Assembly: GCA_951406725.2 (NCBI GenBank)
Contig: OX597833.1
Location: 17,112,001 to 17,176,000 of the forward strand
DNA: 64,000 bases
Direction of reading: 5' to 3'
From: Octopus vulgaris
Lineage: Eukaryota
The position numbers and the translations under genes are program-made. The notes beneath the pieces were generated by a model. The model saw only the letters and a program-made list of their open reading frames with translations, was not told the DNA's origin and did no database searches. Below, piece after piece: positions 37,049-51,523 of this stretch (positions are counted from its first letter, which is position 1; each line of letters opens with the position of its first letter).

Positions 37049-38165
37049 GAGGTTGGACAAAATAATTGAAACACCTTAAAATTTCAAACAAATTTATTTT
37101 AATACGGGGTAGGACTGCTTTTGGCAGTAATTACAGCTTGAATTCTACGAGGTATGGACTTGTACAAAGTTTTTGTTTCCAAAGGAATTTTTGTCCATTC
37201 TTCAGCTAAAACAGTCTCCAGTTCTTGTGATGATGATGGTGGAGGATATCGAATCCTTACTTGTTTTTCTAAAATGCCCCATAAATGTTCAATAATATTG
37301 AGATCTGGGGACTGTGGTGGCCAGATAAGATGTTCACCTTCATTAGAATGTTCCTCATGCCATTCAGTAACAGCTTTAGCTGTGTGAATTGGGGCATTAT
37401 CATCCTGAAAGATTGTGTTTCCCTCCGGAAACAGTTCTGCAACCATAGGATGAATTTGATCAGATAAAATGCTTAAATAGTCTTGACTATTAATTCTGCC
37501 ATAAAGGGAAACCATCGGGCCGGCGGATTTCCAAGACATAGCTCCACCACCACCAGATCATCACAGATCCTCCTCCATGTTTAACAGTTGGAAGAAGGCA
37601 GTCTGGGTCAAGTGCTTCTTTTAGCTGTCTTCACATGTATACTTGGCTGGTGGTCGAAAATAAGGTAAAGGATGACTCGTCCAAGTAACTAACATTCTTC
37701 CACTACTTTAGAGACCAATTCTATAGGTTGTTACTTCACTCTTAACGCTTTGCAACATTTGTTTTTGAAAGTAGTGGTTTTCTGATTGAAGTCCTCCCAT
37801 GAAATCCAGCTTTATGCAGCTCTCGGCGAACGGTTTTTATGGAAACTGGGTTCGTGAGGTGGTCATTAAGCTCTGTACTTTTGTGATCCTTTCTAACAAT
37901 CCGCGTAAGAGTCCGACGGTCCCTATCTGAAATTTTGGTTTTCTTCCGGAGTTTTGTTTTGAAGGTTTCTCCCTCTTTCTCAAAGGTTGTCATTACTTTC
38001 ACGACAGTGCTTCTTGATACACCAAACATTTCGGCTGTTTTCGTTACGCTGGTGCCTGCTATACGAGCACCAACAATTTGACCCCTTTGAAAGTCCGATA
38101 GATCTGTCATTTTAATGAATTTTAGTTACCTTTTTCTGATGATATCTGAAAAGAAACAGCAATTG
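37049..38165 (-). mobile_element. Tc1-family transposon with frameshifted transposase (37099-38110)
   Basis: MTDLSDFQRGQIVGAR, SIKTVRRELHKAGF, IFQDDNAPIH, WPPQSPDLNIIEHLW; one TIR-like end TA|gaggttggacaaaataattgaaacacc; other TIR not seen. Confidence 0.92.
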
Positions 38166-38549
38166 TGCATTTATGTATATGTGTATACCTTTTGCTTTTT
38201 CAGCCGCTCGACTGCAGCCAAGCTAGGGCACTGCTTTGAAGGGTTTGGTAGAACAAATCCCATCAGTACTAGTTTTAGGGCTATAACTTATCGTTATATT
38301 TTATCGAACCGCTAATTACGGGGACGTTAACAAACCAATACCGGCGGTTAAATGACGGGGAAACCAACACAAAGACACACACACGCACACACATATATTA
38401 CGGGCTTTCAAACAGTTTCGACTTACGGCTATAGAAGAAGACACTTGCTCAAGGTGCCGCACGGTGGGACTGAAATGAAAACCTAGTGGTTGCAAAGCGA
38501 GTTTCTTACCCACTCAGACACGCCTACACCTAATATTTTTACACCTGTG

Positions 38550-38692
38550 TATGCATATATGTATTGTATGATATGTATATATGCATACACAAGTATAAGG
38601 ACATATACATATATACATACATACATGCATATACACACATACACACACACATATATATATATATATATATTTGCATATGTATGTATGTATGT

Positions 38693-38783
<91 letters not shown>

Positions 38784-38953
38784 CATATATGTATATTTCT
38801 ATATATATATACGGATATATATATATATGCATACATATACATATATATTTATATACATATATATATATATATATATACATGTATATGTACATATATATAT
38901 GTATACATATATATATATGTATACATACACATATATATATGCATACATATGTA

Positions 38954-38993
<40 letters not shown>

Positions 38994-39064
38994 TATACAT
39001 ATATACAAATATATATATATATACATATCTATATATACATATATATACATATATATATACTTAC

Positions 39065-39113
<49 letters not shown>

Positions 39114-39145
39114 TGCATGTATGTATGTATGTACGTATGTATATG
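38550..39145. repeat. Compound (TA)n/(TACA)n/(TATG)n microsatellite
   Basis: Directly visible; similar tracts at 32600-33080, 44300-44780, 45330-45908, 48540-49110, 51279-51422. Confidence 0.95.
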
Positions 39146-39464
39146 TGTTACAAATAACTACACCTCCATGCCTGTATTTGCACAGATATATTTATAGCTG
39201 AGCTTCTATCCTGAAGTCATATATTTGCCAACTTATAAGGATCGTAGATAACGATTCGTGAATATAGGAAATTGTAAGAGAAGGAAGATAAGCAACCAAG
39301 AGGTGTTTATTATTTAACCAGATAGCGATGCCATAAATTAGGGAAGGTAAGTCTTATCCTCCTCGCGTGAGAATCGAACTATGCCGAGTCTCAGGTAAAC
39401 GGGCAACACCGATAGTCCGGAACTTCTTATAGTCCGCACAAATTTGCATTAGTATGCAGATATA

Positions 39465-39873
39465 CTCTTTTACTCTTTTACTTGTTTCAGTCATTTGACT
39501 GCGGCCATGCTGGAGCACCGCCTTTTAGTCGAGCAAATCGACCCCCAGGACTTATTCTTTGTAAGCCCAGTACTTATTCTATCGGTCTCTTTTGCCGAAC
39601 CGCTAAGTGACGGGGACGTAAACACATCAGCATCGGTTGTCAAGCAATGCTAGGGGACAAACACAGACACACAAACACACACATACATACATATATATAT
39701 ACACATATACGACAGGCTTCTTTCAGTTTCCGTCTACCAAATCCACTCACAAGGCATTGGTCGGACCGGGGCTATAGCAGAAGACACTTGCCCAAGATGC
39801 CACGCAGTGGGACTGAACCCGGAACCATGTGGTTGGTTAGCAAGCTACTTACCACACAGCCACCCCTGCGCCT
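39465..39873 (-). mobile_element. SINE family A, full length
   Basis: Near-identical reverse complement of 1299-1705 and 42756-43148. Confidence 0.9.
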
Positions 39874-40073
39874 ATCTGTATTTTATTTAATTATGTGAGT
39901 AAATTTAGCAGGTTATGTGATAAAAGATATGTGGTAAAAGGTTTTCTTCCCAACCACATGGTTCCGGGTTCAGTCCCACTGCGTGGCACCTTGGTCAAGT
40001 GTCTTATACTACAGCGTCGGGCAGACCGAAGCATTGTGAGCGTGGGTATGGTAGGCAGAAACTAAATGAAGCT

Positions 40074-40111
<38 letters not shown>

Positions 40112-40191
40112 TTTGTGTCTGCGTTTGTCCCTCACCACCACTTGACAGGTGGTGTTGGGGCATGTATGTCCCCGTAACTTATATATATAAA

Positions 40192-40587
40192 TCTTTATAT
40201 ATAAAAGTGAAGTTGTGTGTCTGTCTCCTACGATTTACATTCCTAACTACTCCCACATTTTGTGGTGCAGTTTAACCAAAACCGGGTATCTTATAGTCGT
40301 GATTCATATCGAGCCCTTCCGGGTATTAGCGCGCGTCGACGATGAGTCTACGATTTAAAAAAAATTTACCATCATTTTTTTCCATTTTAATGCATTGTTT
40401 CGCTATTATATAAGGGAAGTAACTCTCTAAAAATGTCTACGATGAATCAACGATTTAAAAAAAATTTACCATCATTTTCTTTTCCATTTTTAATGCATTT
40501 TTTGCTATTTTTTGGCTATAACTCTCTAAAAATGCTTATATAGTTATTTCCCTTACAAACCCGAGCAACGCCGGGCGATACTGCTAG
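40192..40587 (+). mobile_element. Non-autonomous Helitron-like element 1
   Basis: A|TC start (tctttatatataaaag), 3' hairpin cccgagcaacgccggg followed by CTAG|T; internal ~100-bp duplication; no TSD. Confidence 0.8.
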
Positions 40588-41178
40588 TCTTATATATAAA
40601 TGGCAATTTCTGTCTCTCTGTCAGGATCTTACTGCCTAAACCAGCGAAACAATATTCACCAAATTTTGCATACACGTTACACTAACACTTAGTTCAATAC
40701 TAGGCTAATTGGATTTCAATAAAAATCTTTAATGTGCCCCCTGATGGGTAGGGGCGAATTATATGAAAAATTGAAGAATGTGCAAAAAATATTAGTCTGA
40801 GGGAAACGTAGTAGTAGAGTGAATGTGACTGATATCAGCGAAGGGGAGTTCAGCGTTCTGTAAGCGACAAATATGGAGTGGCAATGGAATGGTAACCTTA
40901 ACACAGCTGTCATACACACGCGGTGCTGCATTCATACTTTCTCAAGTTTTAAAAAATTTTAATGTATAAAGTCATGTGAAACAGTCGAACAGACATAAAA
41001 AATAATTTTAAAAGGAAAAAAATCCTCAGTAAAGTATTTTTTGTGAAAAATTTCACAAATCTGTCTTGATCAAGAAGCCTCTCTGTCGGGGAAGGTATGC
41101 TCTGACATGGAATAAACAAAACTTTATATAAGACATTCTATTGTAAAAATTGCCTTGCAACGACGGGCTATTGAGCTA

Positions 41179-41179
<1 letters not shown>
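40588..41179 (+). mobile_element. Non-autonomous Helitron-like element 2
   Basis: TC start (tcttatatataaatgg), 3' hairpin gccttgcaacgacgggc then CTAG|T. Confidence 0.75.
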
Positions 41180-41232
<53 letters not shown>

Positions 41233-41383
41233 TTAAAAAAACCACCTTTTATCAATTCAATAAAGAAAAATTAAATTATACCATTTAGAAAAATTACATA
41301 TTATAGAAAGATTAAATATAAGATAAAACATATAACAATGATTAAGTAATATGCAAAATAATAAATAAAACGTACATATATAA

Positions 41384-41434
<51 letters not shown>

Positions 41435-41446
41435 TATATATATGGC

Positions 41447-41507
<61 letters not shown>

Positions 41508-42157
41508 ATGTGCCTTTTTATTTAAACTGCAAGAACATCACTAAGATCACTTTTTTGTGATGTTCCTGCAGTTTTAAAAAGTACGTCTGTGTGTGTTTGT
41601 GTGTGTGTGTGTGTGTATGGTTTGATAAATAAAGAGTATATTATATATATATATATGGAGTCCATCATTTATAAAAACAAAAATCTTTAAAAAGAAACTA
41701 ATAAATTTCACACGAAAATCAGTCATCACACACATACAGACAGTAAAATTTAATTGATCAAATTGAAAAAGAATTACTGTAACAATTTGCACCGCAGTTT
41801 CAGATAAATTTATTCCAGACCATCTAGACGTAGAAAACTCGACAACAGACAAAGTACAGCGTAAAATTAGAAACACTCTATAATTATATTGGAGTAATCA
41901 AATGAAGACTGCCTTGTTTATATTTTGCTAATCTACCATCAAATTAAATTTAATTAATGTCTCTTTAAAAAACAGTGGAAAAAGTTTAAAGTGAAAATAT
42001 CTTAGCTTCAGACATTAAATTAAAATTGATTTGTAATTTTTCAATTTGTTGTCGGGAAACAAAAATTTAACCTAATTTTGTATCCTATCATCACATGTCT
42101 ATCTTTATATATTTGTATGTCCGTCTGTCTATTTCTTTGTCTCTTTCTGTCTATCTG

Positions 42158-42220
<63 letters not shown>

Positions 42221-42262
42221 GTCTGTGTGTCTATTTATCTATCTATATTCATATAAGTATTA

Positions 42263-42295
<33 letters not shown>

Positions 42296-42474
42296 TGGCA
42301 TCGAACCATCTCAAGTGTAACTGTCCGAAATGGTCATGACTTCTGGGACTTGACAGACGAAAGAAAGCCAAGAATGGCCCCTTTTTTTGCCTGTCCTTCT
42401 AATTGTTGTTTCTCTTGCCCGTCTTTGTATCGTCTGTCTGTCTCAACGTTTTAATGACCTCTATTGCGTTTTTG

Positions 42475-42552
<78 letters not shown>

Positions 42553-42665
42553 AAGGCTTGAATGACCGGTTTGTCTTTTTGTTCGTCTCTTCGCGTATTT
42601 CACGTTATTTATTTATTTATATAAAAGTCTATTATATATTTCGCAGCGTACGTGCATAATGACTT

Positions 42666-42755
<90 letters not shown>

Positions 42756-42758
<3 letters not shown>

Positions 42759-43148
42759 CGCAGGAGTGGCTGTGTGGTAAGTAGCTTGCTTACCAACCAC
42801 ATGGTTCCGGGTTCAGTACCACTGCGTGGCATCTTGGGCAAGTGTCTTCTGCTATAGCCCCGGGCCGACCAATGCCTTGTGAGTGGATTTGGTAGACGGA
42901 AACTGAAAGATGCCTGTCGTATATATGTATATATATGTATGTGTGTGTGTGTTTGTCTCCCTAGCATTGCTTGACAACCGATGCTGGTGTGTTTACGTCC
43001 CCGTCATTTAGCGGTTCGGCAAAAGAGTCCGATAGAATAAGTACTGGGCTTACAAAGAATAAGTCCCGGGGTCGATTTGCTCGACTAAAAGGCGGTGCGC
43101 CAGCATGGCCGCAGTCAAATGACTGAAACAAGTAAAAGAGTAAAGAGT
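42756..43148 (+). mobile_element. SINE family A, full length
   Basis: Collinear with 1299-1705. Confidence 0.9.
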
Positions 43149-43329
43149 ATATATATATATATATATATATCAATACATGTGTGTATATCTATCCATCGAT
43201 ATGCATATAGATACTTACATATATGCACGCATACATATATGCATGTCTGTCCATGTGTCTGTCTGTCTGTCTATCTATCTATTTATCTATATGCATATGA
43301 GTATGTATGTATATGTATCGCCATGTTGG

Positions 43330-43611
<282 letters not shown>

Positions 43612-43908
43612 TTTTTGTCTCATTTTCTCTAAAGTCGTAAGACACCTGCTGTTAACCATTCTTGTTTTTAATTTTGTTTTCGTTTTTTGTATTCATATTC
43701 GTCTCTGTTGCGTTTACATTCGTTCCTTTTACCAAGAAATCTAATGCTCACAGCTTAGTTTTTCCTTGGGGCTGACCGTGTTGGAGCAAATATCAGAATT
43801 AATCAGCCGAAATTTGCTATGTTGATCCGGTTTCTGACTGAAGATTAAAGGCTTCGAATGACCTGCCTGTTTTCTGTGTTCGTCTCTTTATATATAAATT
43901 TTTATTCC

Positions 43909-44010
<102 letters not shown>

Positions 44011-44254
44011 CACGGTGTTCAAAAAGTCTCTCAGCAATGAAATTTTTTTCACCCTGTGCATCGCCATGGCGCTAGTTTAAGAGTTTTTCGGTCAACGGAT
44101 TATTTCGAAGGGACTTTGACCACCAAGATCCCCTGATTTAACACCGCCAGACTTTTTTTTTCTTTTTGTCTGAGGAGCAAGTAAAGGATCAGTGTACAAG
44201 AATCGCTCGAAAACCATTAAATACATACTGCGAAGAGACTTTCTGAACACCCTG
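44011..44254. mobile_element. Internally deleted Tc1/mariner-superfamily element (DD41D/rosa-like MITE)
   Basis: TA-flanked TIRs cacggtgttcaaaaagtctc / gagactttctgaacaccctg; residual PPRSPDLTPPDFF. Confidence 0.8.
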
Positions 44255-46029
44255 TAGATAGATATACATGTGTGTATATATATCTATATGCATATAGATA
44301 AATACATACATACATACATACATACATACATACATACATACATACATACATACATACATACATACATACATACATACATACATACATACATACATACATG
44401 CATGCATGCATACATGCATACATACATAATGCATACATACATACATACATACATGCATACATGCATACATGCATACATACATGCATACATACATACATAC
44501 ATACATGCATACATACATGCATGCATACATACATACATGCATACATACATGCATGCATACATACATACATACATACATGCATGCATACATACATACATAC
44601 ATACATACATACATACATACATACATACATGCATACATACATTCATTCATTGAATGCATACATACATACATGCATACATGCATACATGCATACATGCATA
44701 CATACATGCATACATACATACATACATACATACATACATACATACATACATACATACATACATACATACATACATACATACATGTGTATTCTGACAATGA
44801 AACCAAATTGTGCCTTTGACGGAACATTTGTAGCAGAAAAAAGTGGCCAGCTACTATCTTGTCTCACATTGCGAACACAAAAACAACGACATCCTTTGGA
44901 AAGCTAATGAACTTGAAGAGAGGTATGGAGTAAGAGCCGATGTGAATCTCTCTCCAGTAACATTGATAAATTCTATCTATTATAGAGACAAAATGAAAAC
45001 AATAAACCAGCCCAATGCGAATGTAACACTAGGTTCTCGATATGAATAATTCCCATCAAATGTTTGACTTGGGGTACTGACAAGTTTATGTCAACCCACT
45101 TGTAAAGCAACCTCCATACAATTCAAGAACAAGAGATTGTCACAAAGTATCTACAGCAAAAAAAGGAAGATAAATATCGATGGACAATAAATGTAGTTTG
45201 TACAAGGCTAAAACTGAAGATATCAACCGCATTGTTATCGACTGTGAAAGAATATATTTCTGCCTATACATATATATGTATGTGCATGTATACATACGCA
45301 CATACATACAGAGATAGATATAGATAGACATACATACATACATACATACATACATACATGCATACATGCATACATACATACATACATACATACATACATA
45401 CATACATACATACATACATACATACATACATACATACATACATACATTAGGCTTCTCAAAACCAGAAAGGAGAAAGCCGATTCGAAGACTACAAATCTAA
45501 TACACCACTAGAACTGTAGAAATATGTAAAATTTTTCCAGACGTTTATCATTTAAATATATAAGAGCATGTATAGATATGCAACTATATGCATGAGAATA
45601 CATACATAAAACAGGACATACAAATCTGCACACATACATACTTACATACATACATACATACATACATACATGCATGCATACATGCATACATGCATACATA
45701 CATACCTGCATGCATACATGCATACATACTTACATACATACATACAAACATACATACATACATACGTACATACAAACAAACATACATACATACACTCATA
45801 CATACATACATACATACATACATACATACATACATACATACATACATACATACATACATACATACATACATACATACATACATACATACATACATACATA
45901 CATACATACCCTGTTGATGTAGAAATTCCAATGAAAGAGCCTTGGTTCTAGGTTAGAATCCTGTTCTTTCTCTGTTGGCAAGAAATCTTCAAATAAAACT
46001 GAATAATGGCATACATACATTTGATATTA

Positions 46030-46310
46030 TCTTCAAGATTTTATCTTTCCATGAGGCATGATGTGGTGGCCAGAACAATCTGGAACAGAATAAGAAGAAG
46101 GAAGTTACCGACAAAGCTGACTATATACATACATACATACATACATACATACATACATACTCAAAAATGAAAACAGCCGGCAAGATAAATCGTTCAGATG
46201 TTGTTCCGTTGGACAACAAGAAAACAATATGCTTTGTTACGAAAATCGCTTGCCTTATGAACGCCATTGTTGTCCCAAACATACAGGAGAAAGCAGTCGT
46301 CTATGGACCA
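46030..46310 (+). pseudogene. REL-endonuclease LINE (R4/NeSL-like) C-terminal remnant
   Basis: MRHDVVARTIW and NRSDVV..KKTICFVTKIAC..IQEK..YGP fragments. Confidence 0.5.
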
Positions 46311-46476
46311 ATGGTAAGCGCGCTTTGTAACCACGTGGTATTGGGTTCAGTCCTACTATGTGGCATTTGGGTGTCTTCTACTATAACCCTGGGCCAACCA
46401 ATGCCCTGTGAGTGAATTTGGTGGCGAGAAACTTTGTGGAAGCCCGTCCGAAATATATATATATATATATATATAT

Positions 46477-46549
<73 letters not shown>

Positions 46550-46681
46550 GTGAATAAATAAATGGAGTTACAACCTCTTTACTTGTGAGGTTTTTGCTAC
46601 CCTGATAACTATTTATTTATTTTTTCCGTGTTAATTGTTAACAAGGTAAAAATACACTCATCTATATATGTGTGTGTGTGC

Positions 46682-46726
<45 letters not shown>

Positions 46727-47354
46727 TGGGTGTGTGTCTGTGTATGAGTCTATGAGTGTGTCTGTGTGTGTCTCTGTGTACGTGCCCCACCACCACCACC
46801 ACCATTTGACAACCGGTATTGGTTTGTTTATGCCTCCCTGACTTAGCGGTTCGGCATAAGAGGAAGATAGAACAAGTACGAAAATTTCAAAAACTGAAAA
46901 CATGCCATAAGTACTGAACTGGATTTATTCGACTAAAATCCCTTCAACGCGTTGCCCCAGCTTAGCCGCAGTCCAATAATTGAGACAAACAAAAAAATAT
47001 AAAAGATGAAAGTTATATATAAACTACGCATAGGCGCAGGCGTGGCTGTGTGGTATGAATCATGGTTCCGGGTTCAGTCCCACTGCGTGGCACCTTGGGC
47101 AACAGTCTTCTACTATAGCCTTCGGCTGACCAAAGCCTTGTGAGTGGATTTGGTAGACGGAAACTGAAAGAAGCCTGTCGTGCATATAACTTAGATAACT
47201 TAGATAAGTTTCGCCCAGTATAGGCCCAGGCCATGTCTAACTTAATAGCGCCACCTGGTGAAGTCTTTTTGATCGTGATTCACACCTCAGTCATATATGG
47301 GACACCATAGTCCACGGTCCACTCTAGCAAAGAGTTATTATTGTTGGAGAGATA

Positions 47355-47399
<45 letters not shown>

Positions 47400-47566
47400 T
47401 GTGTTTACGTCCCCGTAGGTTAGCGGTTTGGCAAAAGAGAGCGATAGAATAAGTACTAGGCTTACAAAGAATAAGCCCTAGCGTCGTTAAGGCGGTGCTC
47501 CAGTAAGGCTGCAGTTAAATGACTGAAACAAGTAACAAGATAAAAGAAATAATGAATAAGAGGTGA

Positions 47567-47848
47567 GTTAAATTGTGAAATTTGCACAAGTTAAATTGTG
47601 AAATCTGCGCAAGTTAAATTGTGAAATCTGCGCAAGTTAAATTGTGAGATCTGCGCAAGTTAAATTGTGAAATCTACACAAGTTAAATTGTGAAATCTGC
47701 GCAAGTTAAACTGTGAAACCTGCGCAAGTTAAATTAGGAAATCTGCGCAAGTTAAATTGTGAAACCTGCGCAAGTTAAACTGTGAAATCTGCGCAAGTTA
47801 AATTATGAAATCTGCACAAGTTAAATTGTGAAATCTGCGCAAGTTAAA
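47567..47848. repeat. 23-bp minisatellite, about 12 copies (gttaaattgtgaaatctgcgcaa)
   Basis: Directly visible, head to tail, no spacers. Confidence 0.95.
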
Positions 47849-48193
47849 AGTCACATTCAAAATTCATTTTATTTATTTTGCAATCTTTTGAAATATATCA
47901 AAATACATTATATTTTACCAAAATTCTGCTAGCAAGAGACTTACTCTCGTTACGCCTGCAGACACACGACCAGAATACAGACAGACAAAACGCTAAATAT
48001 AGGACATTTTTAGCTTTTGTTCTTGTTTTGTTTTTTTTTTGCTTGTTATTTTTTTCTTTCACTTTTGCTTTTTCTATTGTTTGTTTGTTTTTTAATAAAG
48101 AAACATCTCTAACAAGATGGAAAATTCACATGTATTTTCACGTTTGGCGTTGGCTGTCGTTGTCTACTGTCGTCGGTGTTTGTTGCTGACGAC

Positions 48194-48241
<48 letters not shown>

Positions 48242-48594
48242 AGGCATTTTTTTTTAAATTTTAATGTCAGTTGACTCACTTTCTTACACGTCATTTACCT
48301 AAAGACATTCAAAGAGTAAAGTATATATATATATTTTTTGTATATATTTTTTGTATATATATAAGTGTGTGTGTGTATTTTTTTCTTTTTTGTATAAATA
48401 GATTTATATATTTATATGTTAACGGCCCACAAAGTTTGATCATGTTCACAAAACACGCGCCGTGCGACGTGTGATCAATATTGGCTTATATCAAAAAATA
48501 TAAATATTGCATTGTATGTTGCTTTTTTTTGTGTGTGTACGTGCATGTATACATATACATGTATGTATATGTGTATACATATACATGCATACAT

Positions 48595-48639
<45 letters not shown>

Positions 48640-48690
48640 CATATATATATACATATACATATACATAGTGTGTAAGTATATATATATATA

Positions 48691-48742
<52 letters not shown>

Positions 48743-48846
48743 ATATGTATGTATATATATATGTATATATATATACATATGTATGTATGCATATGTATAT
48801 ATATATATATACACACACATATACATATATATATGTATGTACGTTA

Positions 48847-48880
<34 letters not shown>

Positions 48881-49005
48881 ATGTATATACATATATATAT
48901 ACACACACATTCATATGTTTGTATGCATGTATATATATATATATATATGTATACATATACATATACATATGTATGTATGCTAATATATATATATATACAC
49001 ATATA

Positions 49006-49037
<32 letters not shown>

Positions 49038-49653
49038 CACACATATACTTCCATAGTCTGTATACTTATATATATATCTTTACAAAGACGTATACATACA
49101 TACACACATATTCATATGTATAGACATAGACATACACACATAGACATGCACATATATAGATTGTAACAAAAAAACAAAAAAACTCAGCAACAGACCAGGA
49201 AGTTTCTCTTTAAGACGGATCGGTTGGCGACACATTACACTAACTTTCTTTTCAATTGACATTTCACAGCAATAAAACAGTTTATTCTCCGCGAAAGGTT
49301 GTCAGTAAATGTCAGAGGAAATTCCTTATATGTTTAACATAATGATTTTTTCTTGGTGGTTTTTTTTTTTATTTAATGGAGGGGGGTGGGATTTTTTAAG
49401 AGTCACTTAACAGCAATTTTCTTTCCTGTTTTCTGTTTTTTTGCTGAAAATCTGTCTTCCACCAAATGTAGCGATCTTATATATCTCGATCTAATTTCTT
49501 TTCTTTGTGGGGTTTTTTTTTTTTCTCGTTATGAATATATAAATGGATTGTGTCTGTGATTGCGTGGATGTACACGTGGTTTCTTTTCGATTCTCTCTCT
49601 CTCTCTCTCTCTCCCTCTCTCTCTTTCTCTCTCTCTCTCTTTCTCTCTCTTAG

Positions 49654-50146
49654 ACGGCGAGTTTGCAGAAACGTTAGCGCGCCGGGCGAAATGCGTAGCC
49701 GTATTTCGTCTGCCGTTACGTTCTAAGTTCAAATTCTGCCGAGGTCGACTTTGCCCTTCATCCTTTCGGGGTCGATTAAATAAGTACCAGTAACGCACTG
49801 GGGTCGATATAATCGATTTAATCCGTTTCTCTGTCCTTGTTTGTCCTCTCTGTGTTTAGCCCCTTGTGGGTAGTAAAGAAATAGGTATTTCGTCTGTCGT
49901 TACGTTCTGAGTTCAAATTCCGCCGAGGTCGACTTTGCCCTTCATCCTTTCGGGGTCGATTAAATAAGTACCAGTTACGCACTGGGGTCGATATAATCGA
50001 CTTAATCTGTTTGTCTGTCCTTGTTTGTCCCCTCTATGTTTAACCCCTTGTGGGCAATAAAGAAAGAGGAAAGAGCATTGTAGAAAACGAAGGGGAGTAT
50101 ATTTTAGATTAATGAAAGAATTTTGTTTATCTTAATTTTGAAATAT
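49654..50146 (+). mobile_element. SINE family B dimer fused to ~85 bp of mariner 3' end
   Basis: After the SINE: aagagcattgtagaaaacgaaggggagtatattttagattaa (KSIVENEGEYILD*), as at 57884-57964. Confidence 0.85.
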
Positions 50147-50189
50147 ACTCTGTTGATGGAAGGGAACTGATTCACAGAACCCCTATAAA

Positions 50190-50818
50190 ATGAGGATGAA
50201 GCATCCCTCAAGCGAGTTTGTTTTAGTGACGAGGCGACTTTTCATGTTTCAGGAAAATTAAACAGACACAATGTGAGAATCTGGGGATCAGAACACCCCT
50301 ATGTAACTAGGGAGCTTCAACGAGATAGTCCAATAGTGCATGTGTGGTGTGGAATCATGTGCAATCGAATAATTGGCCCATTTTCCAGCAAGATGATGCA
50401 CCACCACATTGAGGACTGCATGTTCGTCAATTCCTCAATCAAACATTTCCAGACCGATGGATTGGAAGGGGTGGGTCAATTCCATGGCCACTGCGTTCGC
50501 CAGATATCACTCCCTTGGACTTCTTTTTATGGAGATATGTAAAAGATATCATGTATCAAACAAAGATATGGGACAATACTGACTCGTATTGCCATTGCCA
50601 CCGTTGATGAGGCTATCTTACAGCGAATATGGCAAGAAATCCAGTACCGTCTTGATGTGCTTCGCATAACTAATGGTGCCCATATTGAGGTCTATTAAAT
50701 AACAGTTAAAAAACTTTAATAAACAATTATTACAATAAAACAAACCTGGTTAAGATATCTTGTCAACTGCCTTTGTAATAAAATTTTAAAATTGTAAAGA
50801 GACTTTATGGACACCCTG
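50190..50818 (+). pseudogene. 3' half of a DD41D/rosa-like Tc1/mariner-superfamily transposon
   Basis: FSDEATFHVSGKLNRHNVRIWGSEHP, VHVWCG, WPLRSPDITPLDFFLWRYVK; right TIR gagactttatggacaccctg|TA. Confidence 0.85.
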
Positions 50819-50965
50819 TATATATAGATATACATACAACTAACAATATAGGATGAAGTCCCTTTCTCTACAGAAAAGGATTCCATCAAAAAGCGTGGCA
50901 GTGTATTAAAAAACCTTTATGGTTGAAGTATAAACATCTTATAATTAAGGGCTAAAGAAGGTTAT

Positions 50966-51071
50966 TCTAAAGCCAATACGCTGATTTATCCACTTATAAT
51001 CCACTTGTTACAGGAAAATTTTCCTGTAACAAGTGGATTATAAGTGGATAAATCAATGTATTGGCTTTAGA
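50966..51071. repeat. Spacerless 106-bp palindrome
   Basis: 53-bp arms, 2 mismatches, centred on ggaaaa|ttttcc. Confidence 0.95.
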
Positions 51072-51275
51072 TATACATACATATATATATATGCATACAT
51101 GCATACATATTATATAAGTATGGGGACGGGTGTTTTGTGTTCACTTATAATAAAAACACTTTTACATTAATCTGATTGGTTACTCTATACTTTTGTAGAG
51201 TATAAATTTATTATTCTTAAACAAAGAATATTATTGGTAATCACTTCGATGTTTCGACCAGTTAAGCCTCACCGA

Positions 51276-51426
<151 letters not shown>

Positions 51427-51523
51427 AGACCCCCTTCGGTAATGAATGACCATGGGATTGCACCAAGAAAGTACCCCTCTGAGATACAAGTCCAGGCAAA
51501 GTTGTTTTATGGAAGCCCAGCGG

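Noticed and set aside
47555-47570. Consensus donor AG|GTGAGT at the end of a SINE A
   Set aside because: No matching acceptor or reading frame; single motif.
47567-47848. 23-bp repeat array as a CRISPR array (likewise 61078-61395)
   Set aside because: Units are contiguous with no unique spacers, no cas genes, eukaryotic context: ordinary minisatellites.
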